A stretch of DNA of 64,000 nucleotides, from the NCBI RefSeq assembly GCF_009914755.1, contig NC_060947.1. One strand, given 5' to 3'. Of this stretch, positions 1-16,510 are shown piece by piece. Each line of letters starts with the position of its first letter. The stretch's first letter is position 1. Source of the DNA: the human T2T-CHM13v2.0 reference genome, Homo sapiens. The translations under genes and the position numbers were made by a program. The notes under the pieces were generated by a model, which saw nothing but the letters and a program-made list of their open reading frames with translations, was not told the origin of the DNA and made no database searches.

Positions 1-187
1 TGAATTTAAGGGCAGTTTCTTTCCCCCAAGCACCACCACACCTCATTATTGGTGCAGCATTCTGCTCTTGCTTTATATTCTCATTTAAAATATATAACAG
101 GGTCTAATTTCACCTCTTAAACTAATCTGGCTCCCTTTTTTCAAACTCCTAATTTTGAAAAAAAAAAAAAATCCAGACAAGTCCTTT

Positions 188-859
188 TGTATCGCCAAAG
201 GTTCTTGCCTTAGCCACGCCAAAGAGAGAGACACAGATCAGACCGAGAGTAAAAAAGCTGTAGGCTTTATTAAGCAGAGTGACAGTACAAAGCTTTCACA
301 GCGTGGAAGGGGTCCCGAGCGGGGTAGCCAGTGTTAGATTTTTTTATCACCTTTTAAACTCTCTAAGGCAGGAAATATGTGTGGTGGGAAGATGTTACCA
401 GAGGGAGAAACAAAGACAATTAACATGTCTCAGATCTTGAGGAAAACTGGAATTGTAACTTAAGTTTTCTCTACTTATAACCTTGCAGCGGGATGGCAAA
501 GGAGACAGGATCTCACGGGATTTTACAAATTGTGTTTACAAGGAATTGGAATTGGGACCATAGATAAGGTCTGCTGGTCACAGAAAAGTGGGCTTTTAAC
601 ATTCCTTTTAGTTTCAGGGGAGGGGGAAGGGAGAGAGGGAGAGAGGACACAGGGAAGCTTACAACAAAATTTTCGCTGTTTATAGCTTTCTTGGGGAAGA
701 AAACACAGGCGCAAATTCTGATGTTAGGAATGTTTTAAGCACATATCTTCAATATTATTCATCCAGGACCAAAGTAAGTCCGCATGCAGGAAATGAGTGA
801 GTTTCACAGCTTTCTGAGCCCCTACTTGACCCAGGAAGCCCAGCTGGAACCTCCTCTCA
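188..859 (-). mobile_element. Solo ERV1 LTR (LTR6-like), same strand as VCF2
   Basis: Minus strand begins TGAGAGGAGGTTCCAGCTGGGCTTCC at 859 and ends ...GGCGATACA at 188. 4-bp TSD CTTT at 184-187 and 860-863. AATAAA on minus at 266-271. Subfamily is from memory only. Confidence 0.8.
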
Positions 860-921
860 CTTTCTACTTTCTTCTGATATTCCTTGAAAATACTTCTCCT
901 TCATAGCGGAGATAAGTAGTT

Positions 922-1104
<183 letters not shown>

Positions 1105-3226
1105 TTAGTTCAACTAAGTACTGAAAAGTCTTACAGAGACTGAAAAGCCAACACTTTTTCTGTGTGTATGTAATTGCTTTATTATTATTATTATTATTTT
1201 ACTTTGAAAAAATAATGCTTTGTCATGGTGACAGTTTTATCTTTGATATCTTTAAATAGGGGGAATGAATGGAAATTTGCTTTCTCAGCTGTTCAACTAC
1301 ACTGTGTTTTTAATAGACACTTTCTTTCAGTAGGATGCTATGTATTTAAGCATGCAGAATTCTTCCTGGGTATTTCTGAATCCTGTTGTGTACATGTGGG
1401 TTGAAAATTCAAATATCTCATCTTCTTTAGTACTTAGTTGCTCACTTTATTGTTAGAGAAACTGGTGGCTAGGTATCCTTTCTCTATTTTCTGCCATAAA
1501 ACCTTTTAGAATTTAAATTTCTTCTCACCATACATCTGGTATTGACTTTGGAAGCACTGGCCATAGAAAAAATGTTCTTACTCAAACCATCTAATTAAGA
1601 AATAATTGACTCATGCCTACTCCCTAAGTTTGAGGCCAATGTGGTGCTGTAATTTTTTCCCCATAACACTAAAATTCTACTGCAAGTATCTTCCTTAAAA
1701 TCCTACCCATATTCAAGGAAACAACCATGAAAATGTGTGTGTGTGTGTGTGTGTGTAGGTATGTATTCTTTTCCTAAGATAGTGTTCATTTTCATATGTT
1801 AATTCTGTCATTTAATAAAATCTCATTCTTCTTTCAGTAAAACTGTAACCTTACGTCTTTTCCAAACCTTGCCAATTGGCAAACACCTCTTTGTAGAGCT
1901 ATCCATAGTTCTCAGATCTGCTAGTTTACACTCTGTGGACCTCCAAATATAGTGGAAAAGATAATGTGACCAGGGAGGAGAGGATTGTTAGACTCTAACG
2001 CATTTTTGTTTAAATCTAGCAACAGGTTGTACCCTTTGCATAGTCCAGGGCAGATAACCTGATGCATCCTGGTCCTTTGTTCACACAGCTCACCACTGAG
2101 GAAGCACATCTATGAATTCCCCATTCAAATTTGGTTGGCTCTTTAGTATGACTAAAACATGGGGACCCCCCCATCTCTAAATAAATAGTACTGCCTGTTT
2201 CTTCTAATGGCATCTCAGCTTATTGTTTCTAAGCCATGTGAATCTTTGCAATTTTAATAATGGAAGCTAGCCCCCTAATCTCTGGGAAAGGGTCTATGTA
2301 GCATAAAGTGGACAGTTGTCCAACCCACTTCCATAATTCTTGTTACTTTAAACATCAGTTTAGTAGCTTACACTGTATTAACATTAACTCTATACATAAT
2401 AGATGGAATTATGAGATCACATAATGTGCTAACGTAATAAATTTTTGTTTAAGACAAAATATTACATATTTCTTATCTGACAGAATTGTGCAGTGTTTCC
2501 TACTAAGTCTGAAGTGCACACTCTAGAGGATAAATGATACAGAAGGTATCTAAGTATACAAGAGCCTTAGAAACATTCTCCCTGGAAATACAAAGTGTAG
2601 AGACAGTTATTAGAGAGAGATTTTCATGTTCATAGTCTAAACTGGGTCTGATTGTTGCCATTACAACTAGAGAGCAATTTCAACAGAACATCTACCTTCT
2701 GAGGGGAGTATGGCAGTTCATTTCAGTGCAAGACTGAATCTGGCTTTGCATATTTGGGAATACTAACTTATGGTTTTTTGAGTGTGGATTTTTTGTTTGT
2801 TTTTTAAATGAAAGCTACATACCTCTTTACTAGGCTACTGTATTTTTAAAAATGAAGACTTACTTGTATTTTAAAAAGATGTTTAACATAGAGTTTCTAA
2901 CTGACAGATCTGGAAATCAATCTGAATTGGACATATGGCTTCAATGCACAGGAGAAGTTTCCTCATATTGCTACCTTAACATGAAATTGACACTCAACTT
3001 GAAAACTCTATGTAGAAAGAGTAAAATAAAAATAAAAATAAAAATTTCATAAACATTTATTCACAGCCCCTTTAAAAGTACAACAGTGAAGTAAAACCCC
3101 AATTAAACAACTGCCCATTAACTTGTTACTTAAAATGTAGACTTAAAAACCAATAGACTTTTTTTGGTGTGTATGCAATTGCTTTTATAAACACAGTTTA
3201 GGTTGGAATAAGGAAGTCCTAATTCA

Positions 3227-3508
<282 letters not shown>

Positions 3509-6500
3509 CTACTTGGCTTGGAGAATAGCAGCATAAAACTCTATAATGGGCTTAATGGTTTTTACAAAGTAGAGCCATTTAAGATAGTTCATTCTATCCT
3601 CACAATAACCCTTTAATGAAGTTGGGATTAACAGCCCCCATTTTACAGATGAGGAAACAGATCACTGCCTTGTCCAAAGTCATATATCTACGAAGTGGCA
3701 GGGTGAGGATTCAAACACAGGCCTTGCAATTCCAAATCCCTTCACACATTCTCTACCCTTGCTTGTACGATTTATTCCAATAACTGCATCAGAGAAGTAA
3801 GTACTCATCCTCCACCTGAAGTATCAATTAATGCTGAGGATGTAGTAGAAATAATGACCATAACAAGTAAGTTGGACTATGGGTAAAAGTTACAATGAAG
3901 CAAATAAGACACACACATTTATACATACGTGCATACACACATAGATACAAATAAACAATGATTTTGTTCACATATCCTGATGGTGGACATGTATGGTCTT
4001 CCTATATCAATTCAGTGCTACATACATATCCTGAAAGGCATTTGACATACTTTTAGTTAAAGTTATATGTTACTTATTAGCATTTTATGACTAGTATTCA
4101 TTGTTCTTCTATACTTATGAATTTAATAGGGTGTGTATTTTCCTCTTAAGATCTCTTTTTCTTTCATTAAACTAACATGATTCAGTGTCTTTTTTATGTT
4201 GGAGAAGCTACTCAGGGATCCCTGTAAACAGTTGTTTCCAAGAATTTCCTGCCTTCCAATGTTACAATTCCCAAAAGAAGAAGGTAATGGCAAGGACTCT
4301 TATTCAAATTACAATATTTAACAATGCTGGTATTATATTTCTTCTAAGTAAGTTTTTTCCAAAGGTAACATTAGTAAGATTTAAACCAAGAATGGTCATA
4401 GTCCATAGGTCATTTGCAGCTGTTCAACTTAGGTCACACAGTACACTGTCCACAGGTACCAAGAGACAACCTATGCTCATCTTTATCCAACTAGAAACAT
4501 GTTAAAAGAACTTGTGCAGGAAAAGAGATAGAAGGGGTCAAATGAAGCCAGATGTGAGAGTTAGCAATAGCAATCAAATTGATTTAAGGATTAAATGTCA
4601 AAGCCAATTCAAAAAGAAAATTAAAAAAAAATTTTTCCTAGGCCTGAGTATAAAAATATAGAATGCCCACTGTCACAAAGTAATGAAGTTATGAATATTC
4701 CAAAATTAAGTAAGCTATTACATTGGATAAGAAACCCACAGCTGACAATTCGGTTCCTCTTAGTTGGCTTTCCTTGTTTTTTTTTTTTTTTTTTTTTTTT
4801 TGTTACAGTACTGCCTGAAAAATAAGGTAAGAACTAGAAATCATTTCTGATGAATCAAATTTTCTTCTCCAATGACAACATATTGATTTTACACTGTAGT
4901 GCAACACTAGGGTGATGCTATGCTGTGTACATTAAAAATTCATAGGCTAGAAGGGATTTCTTTAGAATAATTATTAAGAAAAAAATCTACCTTTAATTTG
5001 TTTCATTTTAAAAGTTTTTAAACTCAATTGTGTACAGATAGAAATGCTCATTAAGACATTTTTATGCTATCAATATTTTTATTAGCTGAAAATCAGAAAT
5101 AACTAAATGTTTAAAAACAAAGAAGTATTTAAATTATAGTGCATGCATTCATACAACAGAATCTCATCAGCCATTAACAATAATGATATATCATTCTATA
5201 TCAGAAGTCTTTATACTTCAGGTTCTTAGAAAAACCTAAATTTATAGGCTATAAAAATAGTTAACAGAGAAATAACTAAATGATGACATTCACAGCTTTC
5301 ATCTGAGTAAACCATTTAAAAAATTAATTAGGTAAATGTAATAGAAAAAATGCCTGTAAATAAACTTGTCATATAATTTAAAATCTAAAGTTATATTAAG
5401 TTAAATAATAAATACTCATTAAACATCTGGATGATTTCTAATTTTTAAAAAATTATAGGAAAATATTTTTCTAAAAAATATTTTCTTATTTAAAAGAAAA
5501 TAATTTTTGTCTAATTCAAAGGTTACTTAAAAGTTATTTATGAAACAAGGTGAAAGAAACCAGTAAATAAGAGCAATGTAAAGAAATGTCTCTTTCTTTA
5601 CATACTATATATTTACCTCTTTATAAATATAAAGGGGTATTTTTGGCAAGAAACGTTAAAAGGAAAATAATTTTATATGAGAAAAAATCTTGTATGGTAA
5701 ATTTCTGTCCTAAAATAACTGGTTATTTAAGAAAGAAAGATGTCTGGGATAAAACAGGAAGTCCAAGCATCTCATTAATGATTTGTATCAAGTTGTCTAT
5801 AATTAAAGGGAAATTATTTATAATAGTCTTTTTAGAGATTGGGTTTTGATTTTTTAAAAAACATACACTAAAGAATCAGTTAGAGCAACAAAATTTTCTT
5901 AAGGTATTGATTTACTCTCAATAAAATTACAACGGATTTTAATTTGTTTAACCCAATTTTCAACTTTTATTATCTTGTATTTTCAGCTTTCTCTCCCCCT
6001 TGAAAAGGCCTGAGATAATAACCCTCTCCTTCAACTCATTTTCAGCTTCTGTAATTTTTCTCCTCAGGTTCTAACTGTTTGTCATAGCCTGATGCTAAAA
6101 ATGTTTTATCTTAAAGGTCTAAAGAAAATGTTTTCTTCCAACATAACATTCTGTGCTCTTGGCTTTAAATTTGTCCATGAATCTGAAAATTTTCATTTAT
6201 TACCCAGGAAACACTCTGCCTATGTCTAACTAATTCAAGTATCATTTTCATTAGTTTTGATTTGCAGCTTACCTAAATGGACTTTCCATAGGGAATATCA
6301 ATTGTACTGCAGGAGGTTTTTTTTTTTTTTTTTCTTGCCTTTTGGTAACTGGTCTAACAAATTTTACATTTTATCAAAATAACTCCTATGCCATTGTTAT
6401 TAAGTTTTAATTTGCTTAGAAAAAAACTGAGGTTAAATTTTTCTTTTAAATCAAGGTTACTATATCCACGTAACTTTCTTGCTTTTAAAGTCCTTGTGCC

Positions 6501-7377
6501 TTTAAGTTACAGGGCGTTGACTCCTGGATATAAAAAGAACACCAAGTCTTGCTAAATCTTAAACAATGACAGCAGTTAAAGCCTTATCTTCAGACCCAGT
6601 AGAAGATACCAATCAAAATACACTGTGTTCATAAGGCACAAGGCCAGAAATTAAAACTATTAAATTCCTCAAGGCCCAGGGACTATCATGGAAGAGGTGG
6701 GTGTGTGAGATTGTAACGGCCAATTTTGAGAGATAAAATTAGTTCAGTTTCTCTATAAATTAACTATTAATATTGAAGGCACACTGATGCAAGACCAGCA
6801 TCTGGGCCCCGATGTCAGAGTAACAAGGTTTTCTTGGCGCATTAACCCATTTCTTAATTAAAGAAAAATAAAGGTTATGAAAAAATTTATTGAAATTATA
6901 TCTTATGGTCAAGATGACCAAAACTTAATAAATTTGTTTGGAAAAATTTAAAAGACAGATTTAATGGGCCTCATGTTGTCTTTATGAAAGCTTATGGTTT
7001 GGGAAATTAAGTCTCCTGTCTCAAAAAAATAAAAACTTTTGTCTTTCTTTGAAATCTATCACTCAGCTAAATGAATGACTTATTTTACAATGACTTTTGA
7101 TCCTATTTTGTGATATCAAGTGTTTTTAACTTTTTCTAGTTGACAAACTTTCCAAAATAAAATTCTAAATTTGGTCCTCATTAATCTTTTAATATTAGGT
7201 CCCCTGACGCCCAAAAGAGACATATTTGGGTTATTTGATATAATACAATCATACAAGAAGTATTGTCAAATATAAAATGGCATTTAACCCTTGGATTATA
7301 TTTATATAAATGTGTTATTAGTATGTGTTTCAGAATTGTATGAAATTCCTGTGATTCTGATATGTCTTGGTACATGT

Positions 7378-7715
7378 CAGCAGTCCCCAACCTTTTTGGC
7401 ACTTGGGACCGGTTTTGTAGAAGACAATTTTTCCACAGATGGGGGAAGGAAGGGATGGTTTCAGGATGAAACTGTTCCACTCAGATCTTTAGGTATTAGA
7501 TTCTCATAAGGAACACACAGCCTAGATCCCTCACATGTGCAGTTTACAACAGAGTTTGCGCTCCTATGAGAATCTAATGCTGCTGCTGACCTGACAGGAG
7601 GCAGAGCTCAGGCAGTATTTCTCGCTTGCCCACCACTCACCTCCTGCTGTGCGGCCTGGTTCCTAAGAGGCCGTGGACCAGTACCAGTCTGCAGCCCAGG
7701 GATTGGGAACCTCTG
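7378..7715. mobile_element. MER1-type hAT-Charlie DNA transposon (MITE) nested in the ERV
   Basis: Termini CAGCAGTCCCCAACC... and ...GATTGGGAACCTCTG. 8-bp TSD gtacatgt (7370-7377) / gtatatgt (7716-7723). Confidence 0.85.
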
Positions 7716-8915
7716 GTATATGTTATCAGTAGTAATAATGATTATGTAAAATAGTTGTAAGCCACAGAAGTAACCAAATTTCCTTGTCAATTATGTCTTT
7801 ATGACTGTTCTAAGACTCTTGTCATTCATAGTTGTTTTACTTTTATCACTTTCAAAAGGTGGTTTTATAATCAGCTATAGGACTCTGACAGGTACTCTTG
7901 AATGCAGGCTTCTGATAACTTTGGAGACTGTGATACTAGAATAGAGGAAAAACTTCCAAGACTCCCACAGAGAGCTAATGTGTTCATAAACATTGAGCAG
8001 AACAGGAGTTAATTACCCAGATGAAACTAATGGAAAACTGAAATAATCTTTTTGTGACTTCGAAACATTGTTTGAAACTCAGAAACTTTTGTTTCTGAAT
8101 TTGTAACATTGTTTCTTTTTCTAACTTTTGTTTCTGAGTCCAGAAAACCATTTTTCTTTGAGCTATTTTGCAGCTTTTAATATTGGGTTAACTATGTTAG
8201 TGTGAGAAAAATCTGAAGCATATTTCTACCTGATTTTTCCAGAATTTGAAAACTATTTGCAAGTATACGTAGTTTATGGTAGTATAGTTATTTGCAAAAA
8301 ATTGATAAGACTCTGTTTTCTTTTGTAACAGGACACAATTGAAGGCACTGATTTTACTGAGGCTTTGATTGGAATGGCAGATCCAAACAGATTACTTTAA
8401 GTAATCAAAGTTGACTTATAGAGCCAATAAAATCCCCTTGAGAAAGCTGGCCTCATATATTGTCTACACAGTACATGTACAGGTTCGTGACCTGTGGTAA
8501 GTAAAGAATGGCACTTTCTGACAGGCCCAAGGAGTCCCAGATTATCTTGGGACCTCAGTAAGTAATTTACCCAATTAATGTGGGTATTTACAGGCACAGA
8601 TAAATCCATGGCTGCGCCCAAGGCGTTGAAGTGTAATCTGAGATTCCTTATGGAATAAAGTTCCAGCAAAACAAAAGAGCGTGCACGGCAAATAGTTATT
8701 CTTGCTGACTTTATACAAATACTCAGGCAAAGTATAATAAAACTAACGCTTATTTTACACATAAATTTGTCCTATGATTTGTCTTTAGTGAAAATGGGGC
8801 TTGGAGAGAGAAAAAATATGTTTCAAAATGAACTACAGTACACCTGTTGTTAGATTCTAGTCTTGCCTAATGTTTTCTCAATTTTTCTTATTTTCTAGTT
8901 TAGGCTGGATTCTAA

Positions 8916-9331
<416 letters not shown>

Positions 9332-10496
9332 AAGCTGTGCTTTCTTAAAACCCTGTGAACTGAAGCTAGACAACTTCAGCTTCAGAAAAAAATAACAGCA
9401 ACCTATTTACATACATAAAACACTTTCATACCTGCCTACAGATGTATGGACTTCAGAGTAATATGGCCTATATTGATTTTCCAGGATTGTTCTCCATCTT
9501 TTTGTTTGTTGTTTTCTTTCTCTCTTCCTCCCCCTACTTTTTTTGTCATAGAACATGATACTTCACAACCTGCTAAAAATAAGGTTTCCTAATAATGTGT
9601 GACCTACCCATCTAGAAACAAACCATCTTTGCCACAAGAGATCAAACAAAATCTGAGACCAGAGATTCATTTTCTTCTTAAATGCTTTCTCCAAAAGATT
9701 TAAGAAAGAAAGTGGTAAAAATGTGAAAGGAAAATAAATCTCAGGGCCCTAAAATCATTAGGCCAAGGGAAAATTAGTGAAAAACATTTTCACTAAAGAC
9801 AAAGCCAAGGGAACTACATCAGGCAAACCCACTTCCCATTTTATTCCTAAATCAGATAGCTATAAAGATTCTTTTTAAAGCGACATACCTTTCTCACAAT
9901 TTGCCCACAAAGAAATTCCTTGTGGGACTCAAGATCTTTACCCTAAAACAGTTCTGTTGAATTTTACCCTGGCAATGTAAACTGATAACTTATCTTCACA
10001 GGTGTCAGACAGAAAGTCACCCCTCTGCTCACCTGAGACAAATGCATATCTGATTACTCCCTCTACCCTATTGTTTGTGTAAAAATGCAGATTCACCAAG
10101 CCAGACTAAATTGTATATTCAGTGAAAGGCAGATCAAGGACTCAAAAGATTGCAACCTCTTGTCTCTTATCTACCTATGACCTGGAAGCCGCAGCTTCAA
10201 ATTGTCTCGTCTTTCTAGACTGAATCAATGTACATCATACACATATGGATTGGTGTCTTCCGTCTCCCTAAAATGTATAAAAGCAAGCTATACCCCGACC
10301 ACCTTGAGCACATGTTGTCAGGACCTCCTGAGGCTGTGTCACAGGTGCGTGCTTAATCTTGGCAAAATAAACTTTCTATATTGAGACCTGTCTCAGATAT
10401 TTTGAGTTCACATATACAGAGTTGGGACTTTAAATAATTTTTTTTAAATTTTAGTTTTGTATTTTCACTTTCTTTTTTTAAATTTTTATTTATTAA

Positions 10497-10801
<305 letters not shown>

Positions 10802-11264
10802 TGTATCTTCACTTTCTAACTCATCCACTACAAATATATTTCTTTTGTGAAAAAGAAACATTTTAAGTAGGCAAACTAAAGAATGCTACTACAAAACCAA
10901 GTAAAATCTCCTGCTTATGGATTCAGTTACTTCTGACTTCAAAGCAAAGACTTAAAAAGCACTGTGATTCCATAACCGAGATTTTGGGAAGAGGGTTTAA
11001 CCTCCTTTAGCCTAGTAAAGAGCATCTACAAAGTCATATACACTAGCATTTTCTAGGCTAATAATGCTGTTTATTTAATAAACATAGCCTATATTATGCA
11101 ACCTGGGCTTTGTCACACTTACCTTGTGAATCTGTTTCATGTGAGATCCCACTTAATGGACCGTTTATCAGAATGATTAAGAGGAAAATTTGCTTTTGAT
11201 GGTGTATGGTTTTGACACTTGAAACTGCTATCTTAGTACAGAAGCATTAACCTTAATACACTTT

Positions 11265-11395
11265 ATTTTATTATTTTTTTAGAGACAAGCTCTTGCTCCA
11301 TCACCCAGGCTGGATTGCTGTGATGCAATTGCAGCTCACTGTGGCCTTGAACTCCTGGGCTCAAGGGATCCTCCTGCCTCAGCCTCCCAAAGTGC
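11265..11395 (-). mobile_element. Alu monomer (FLAM/FRAM-like)
   Basis: Single degenerate Alu arm following a T-rich tail. Confidence 0.7.
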
Positions 11396-13082
11396 AAATT
11401 CTTTTATCAGAGAATAAATGAGATTTTAAGCACTTTAGTATTTGGAAAGGCTCATAATATATAAAACATCTTCACCATCCTCCTGAATCCTCATACAAAT
11501 GTCTTACCAGAATGCTTATACTATCTGACAGTTACAAAGCTTATTCTTTTTTGTCTGAATTTTCAATATAGGTTTAATGCTTGATATCTGTGCAAGGCAA
11601 ATGAAGAATAGAGCCCTTGCAAATTCACACACATAGCAAAATAAAATTATATTTATGAAGACTCTAAAGAAGGGGATCTCATTATGCAAAATTCACAAAG
11701 GCACTTTACAAAACTCCTGGGGTCCAGGTCTGTGTGAAAAAGCAGGATTTAGGTTAGTTTGGGCCATAAAGAAATCTGCATACTTACCTGTAACCAAAGA
11801 AACTTTGAGGCCAGCAGGGATTTGCTATAATACATTCTGTTTCAGAATAGGCATCAAAATCACCGTGTGGTTTTCTAACACTTTGACTCGTGTGCATATG
11901 CTGGGGCCCAACCTCTGAGAGGCTGTCAAGTAGGCACAGATTGTTCTGATGCCCAAGCAGTATCTAAACAAATATTCGCATGTCTATTATACAATGTATA
12001 AGAAGGCACTTTGCCTGGGCTACTTAGGGATTCAACAGGTAATTCTTGAGCCTAATCAAGAAGCATACAGTACTCTGAGAATGACAGCATCAAGCTATTG
12101 CAATGACAAGAATGTAGCAATGAATGCTGACTGGGGAAATAGAGGAGGCTTCTTAAAATGAAATGCATCTGAGCTAGGCCTTCAAAGATACAGAGAATAT
12201 TAATAGGAAGGGTGTGACAAATGGAGAGAGCAATAAGAGCACAAGCAAGCTGAAGAAGAGTTCTTGAGGAGACAAAGCCACAGATGATGTGGCTGGTATC
12301 TCCCAGAGAAGAGTTAGTGAGAGCTAAAATATGCAAGAGAAGATACGGCTAGGTTATCAGGGGCCTTGAATGTTACTCTAAGAAGTCTGTACAAACAGGT
12401 ATTTGAGCATAAGATAAATGCTCAGATGTATATTTAGGAAGAGCATTTTAATGGATGAATGAAATAGGGGGTGGATGAGACCACAAAAATCACTGGGAAA
12501 TTTTGCAATGTATCAAGCAAGAGGCAATGCAAGCCTGAATTAGGATGGTGGAAATGTAAAGAAAGGGATATATTTGATACACGCAGAGGTAGAATAGAAA
12601 GGAATCATTGAGGAAATGACAGAGACACTAAGTTGATGCCAGGCACCCAGGACAATGATTGGCAAATGGTAGGTGCTCAGTAAATATTTGGTAATGCAAT
12701 TTAGGAAGTCTCAGATGTTTCCTGACATGTTACAGCAAAGGAATAGGGAGGGGATGGAGGAGCTAAGGTTTACTGAGCACGAATGGAGGTGAGAAACAAA
12801 AGGGAGTGAATGCAGATTACAGTTTGGATTTAAAAGAGAGGGAAAAGACACAGTACTTGAGAGAAAAATAAACTAGACACAAGATTAGTTAGGGAGTGAA
12901 AAGAGAACCTTAGCAGGCTAATGAAGGATAAATAGAACTGAGGAGATGAGGAGGAATATTAGTTACAGAATATCTTCACAAAAACAGAGCAGAAATTCAT
13001 GCATGTATTCATGATATAAAATTATATAACACTTTTTAATGATAAAAGCAGATGAACCCAGTATTTTACTTTCTTCTTCTTC

Positions 13083-13393
<311 letters not shown>

Positions 13394-14392
13394 CAGTATT
13401 TTACTTTCTTTCAAGCCCTAGCTTTCCTCTCAATTCCATCCCTCCATGCCTTACAGCTTTTCCTTTATGTGAACCTCCACAACAAAACATTCACTCCTAA
13501 TACATAGTCTATCCCTGGAATAATAATATGATGCTTATTCAAAGGCACCTGTAGAAACTTGAGTAAGTAAAACAGATGATCCTAACCAAATCCATCAGAG
13601 GGCACTTAAAATATGTGCTCCCAAAGTTCCAAGGCATTTAAAATGACGTGTACACATTCTCTAATACTAGAAACATTGTGGAATCTTATGAATTGTAAAA
13701 TACAAAATTAATTAGGTTGTTGAATTACAACCACTTTCCAAATTAGCAAGGTAATGATATTCATGTGTTAACTTCTCTGTGCTGATGGGGTAAATAATCA
13801 ATGCTTTTTGTAGCTTAGTTTCCCTCCTAAGATGAAGTTAGAACAGACACTGAGTTGTAAGTTATTTTCCAGCTCAAAAATTAAATTTATAATAGAATCT
13901 ATACAACTATTTAAAAATCTATACAACTCACCTTGTTTCAATTCAGTAAATGGGATTTGAACAAACAAAAATGAAAAAAAAAAGACTGATAGGTAATCCT
14001 CACCTGCAGAAAAACATGTGGACATATTCAATTCATTAAAACAACTGAGATTGTAAGATTCAATTGCAATATGAAAGTGCTTGGGATGTTTAGTATGCTC
14101 CATGAACACGGCTTCTTAAAATGTACAAAATAGATTAGGCCATCTTTGAAAAAGCTTGTTCCTCCATTTTGAATGTATCTTTAAGTAGAAGCTAATTTCA
14201 GAAGGTTCCCATTTTGCCATAGGGTTTAAAACCACATCTGATGACCATTACATTGTTCAACAACGATTTCATCCCCAAAAATGTTTCCCAAAGTAGTTCT
14301 GTCTCTTAGAATTTATGTGATCAAACGTGATGAGAATGACTCCAAACTACTAAGAACCTAAGAGAAAATGTTCTTCAAAAAATTTCACCAAA

Positions 14393-14680
14393 GCCGGGGC
14401 GTGGTGGCTGATGCCTGTAATCCCAGCACTTTGGGAGGCCGAGGCGGGCGGATCACTTGAGGCCAGGAGTTCGAGAACAGCCCGGCCAACATGGAAAAAC
14501 CCCACCTCTACTAAAAATACGAAAACTAGCCGGCCATGGTGGTGCATGCCTGTAATCCCAGCTATTCCGGAGGCTGAAGCACCAGAATCGCTTGAACCCG
14601 GGAGGTGGGGGTGCAGTGAGCCGAGATCGTGCCACTGCACCTCCAGCCTGGGTGACCCAGTGAGACTGTCTCAAAAAAAC
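14393..14680 (+). mobile_element. AluS
   Basis: Alu dimer with A-tail. Confidence 0.9.
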
Positions 14681-15509
14681 AAAAATGCCCCAGTTGTCAT
14701 CTGAATTGATATTACTTAAAATGATAACCTGACAAGGGGAGATTTCCTATCAGCTGAAAAATAACAGGATTCATAGACCTCTAATTTTAAATGTATTTGG
14801 GGCCTCCTAGTTCTGTTTTTCTCTCATTTGTCTTATTTCTGCTGCCCCCTTGGAATTGTAGCATTAGGGCACAAAATCTTTTCCTACTCTATACAGTAGG
14901 GAAGAGAAAAAGGCAGAGATCTGCTCCAGATAAGCCACTTGTGTGTATATCTACATAATATTCCACTCTTAATTTCTTGTACTACTCAGTAATCTGAAAG
15001 GTAAAATGAATGTTCCTGGCAAGTTAGACACACTTGTACAGAAATGTTCGGCTCTTTGTGTTTGTACTTTCTGTAAGTCTTATACCTATGTACTAGGGTT
15101 TTTACAGGGAAAGTGGTGGTATAATTTGTAAGATGTATGGTTGAAAGAAAATATTCCTATATGTGCAAACATATCCAACAAAAATCCCCCAGCACCTAAG
15201 AGAACAAATTATATAAGTTAAATCTAGTTATGTTTTACCCATCCAAGTAGCTGCCCACAATCTTGGATAATCATACCTGTGTATAGGTAGGTACCAAGAA
15301 GAGGACCTGGATTGATAATCTTTTCTCATCTTGCTCAAAAGAGGGCAAGGTGAGCCATACTTAGTTATTAACTAAGAGGATTAACTCAGAAAGACTTTAT
15401 GAGGTTCCTTTAACACTCCACTAGTAATTATATCTCAATTAAAGCTATATTATGCTAATGAATACAAGTTATTAAAGTGAAGCACCTTGAAGTTAAAATT
15501 CAAGCTCCT

Positions 15510-15835
15510 TAGAATGGTGGTTACTAGAGGTTTAGAAGAGAGGAAGGGGGGATGAAAAGAAGTTGGCTAAGGGGTATAAAATACAGTTAGATAGAAGGAA
15601 TAAGTTATAGAATTCAACAGTACAGTAGGAAAATTACAGTTAACAATAATTTATTGTATATTTCAAAATAGAAGAGAAGATTTATAAGTTCCCAACACAA
15701 AGAAAAGATGTATGTTTGAGGTGATGGGTAGCCCAATTACCCTGATTTGGTCATTACACATTATATACAGGTATCAAAATATCACATGTACCCCCAAAAT
15801 ATGTACAACTATTCTATATCAATAAAAAATTAAAA
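15510..15835 (+). mobile_element. L1M (L1MA-like) 3' UTR fragment
   Basis: ...acagttagatagaaggaataag...taattaccctgatttg...cacatgtacccc...aataaa is a typical old L1 3' end. Confidence 0.75.
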
Positions 15836-16201
15836 ACTTCAAACTCTTTTTCCAGCACCATTAAAGTTTTGCAAAAATCATGAGACTGCCCCAAATTTTT
15901 CACTTTTTTTCACTGAGAAAGCAAGACTTGCCTTCCAGCTAATAACATATCACTATGTACTAGAAAATATGTTTTCCATATAAAAAGAAGGGAAGTAAGA
16001 CTACTATTCCCTGCTCATATGAGGGGACAAAATTACAGGGGCTAATTCCTCCTGATTATGTTTAGCAAAGTTTTTCTGTGCTTCTTTTCCATTTTCTGTG
16101 AGATACTATATCATAATTTAAAGCTCCAGCTCAAAAGCCACTGTAATCAAGCAAGAAAACTTTTATGAAGGTTTCTTGGAATAATACATTTCTTTTCATT
16201 A

Positions 16202-16510
<309 letters not shown>

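Noticed and set aside
1733-1756. (TG)n tract and other short microsatellites
   Set aside because: Ordinary simple repeats. No CRISPR-like or other regular spacer array was seen anywhere in the window.
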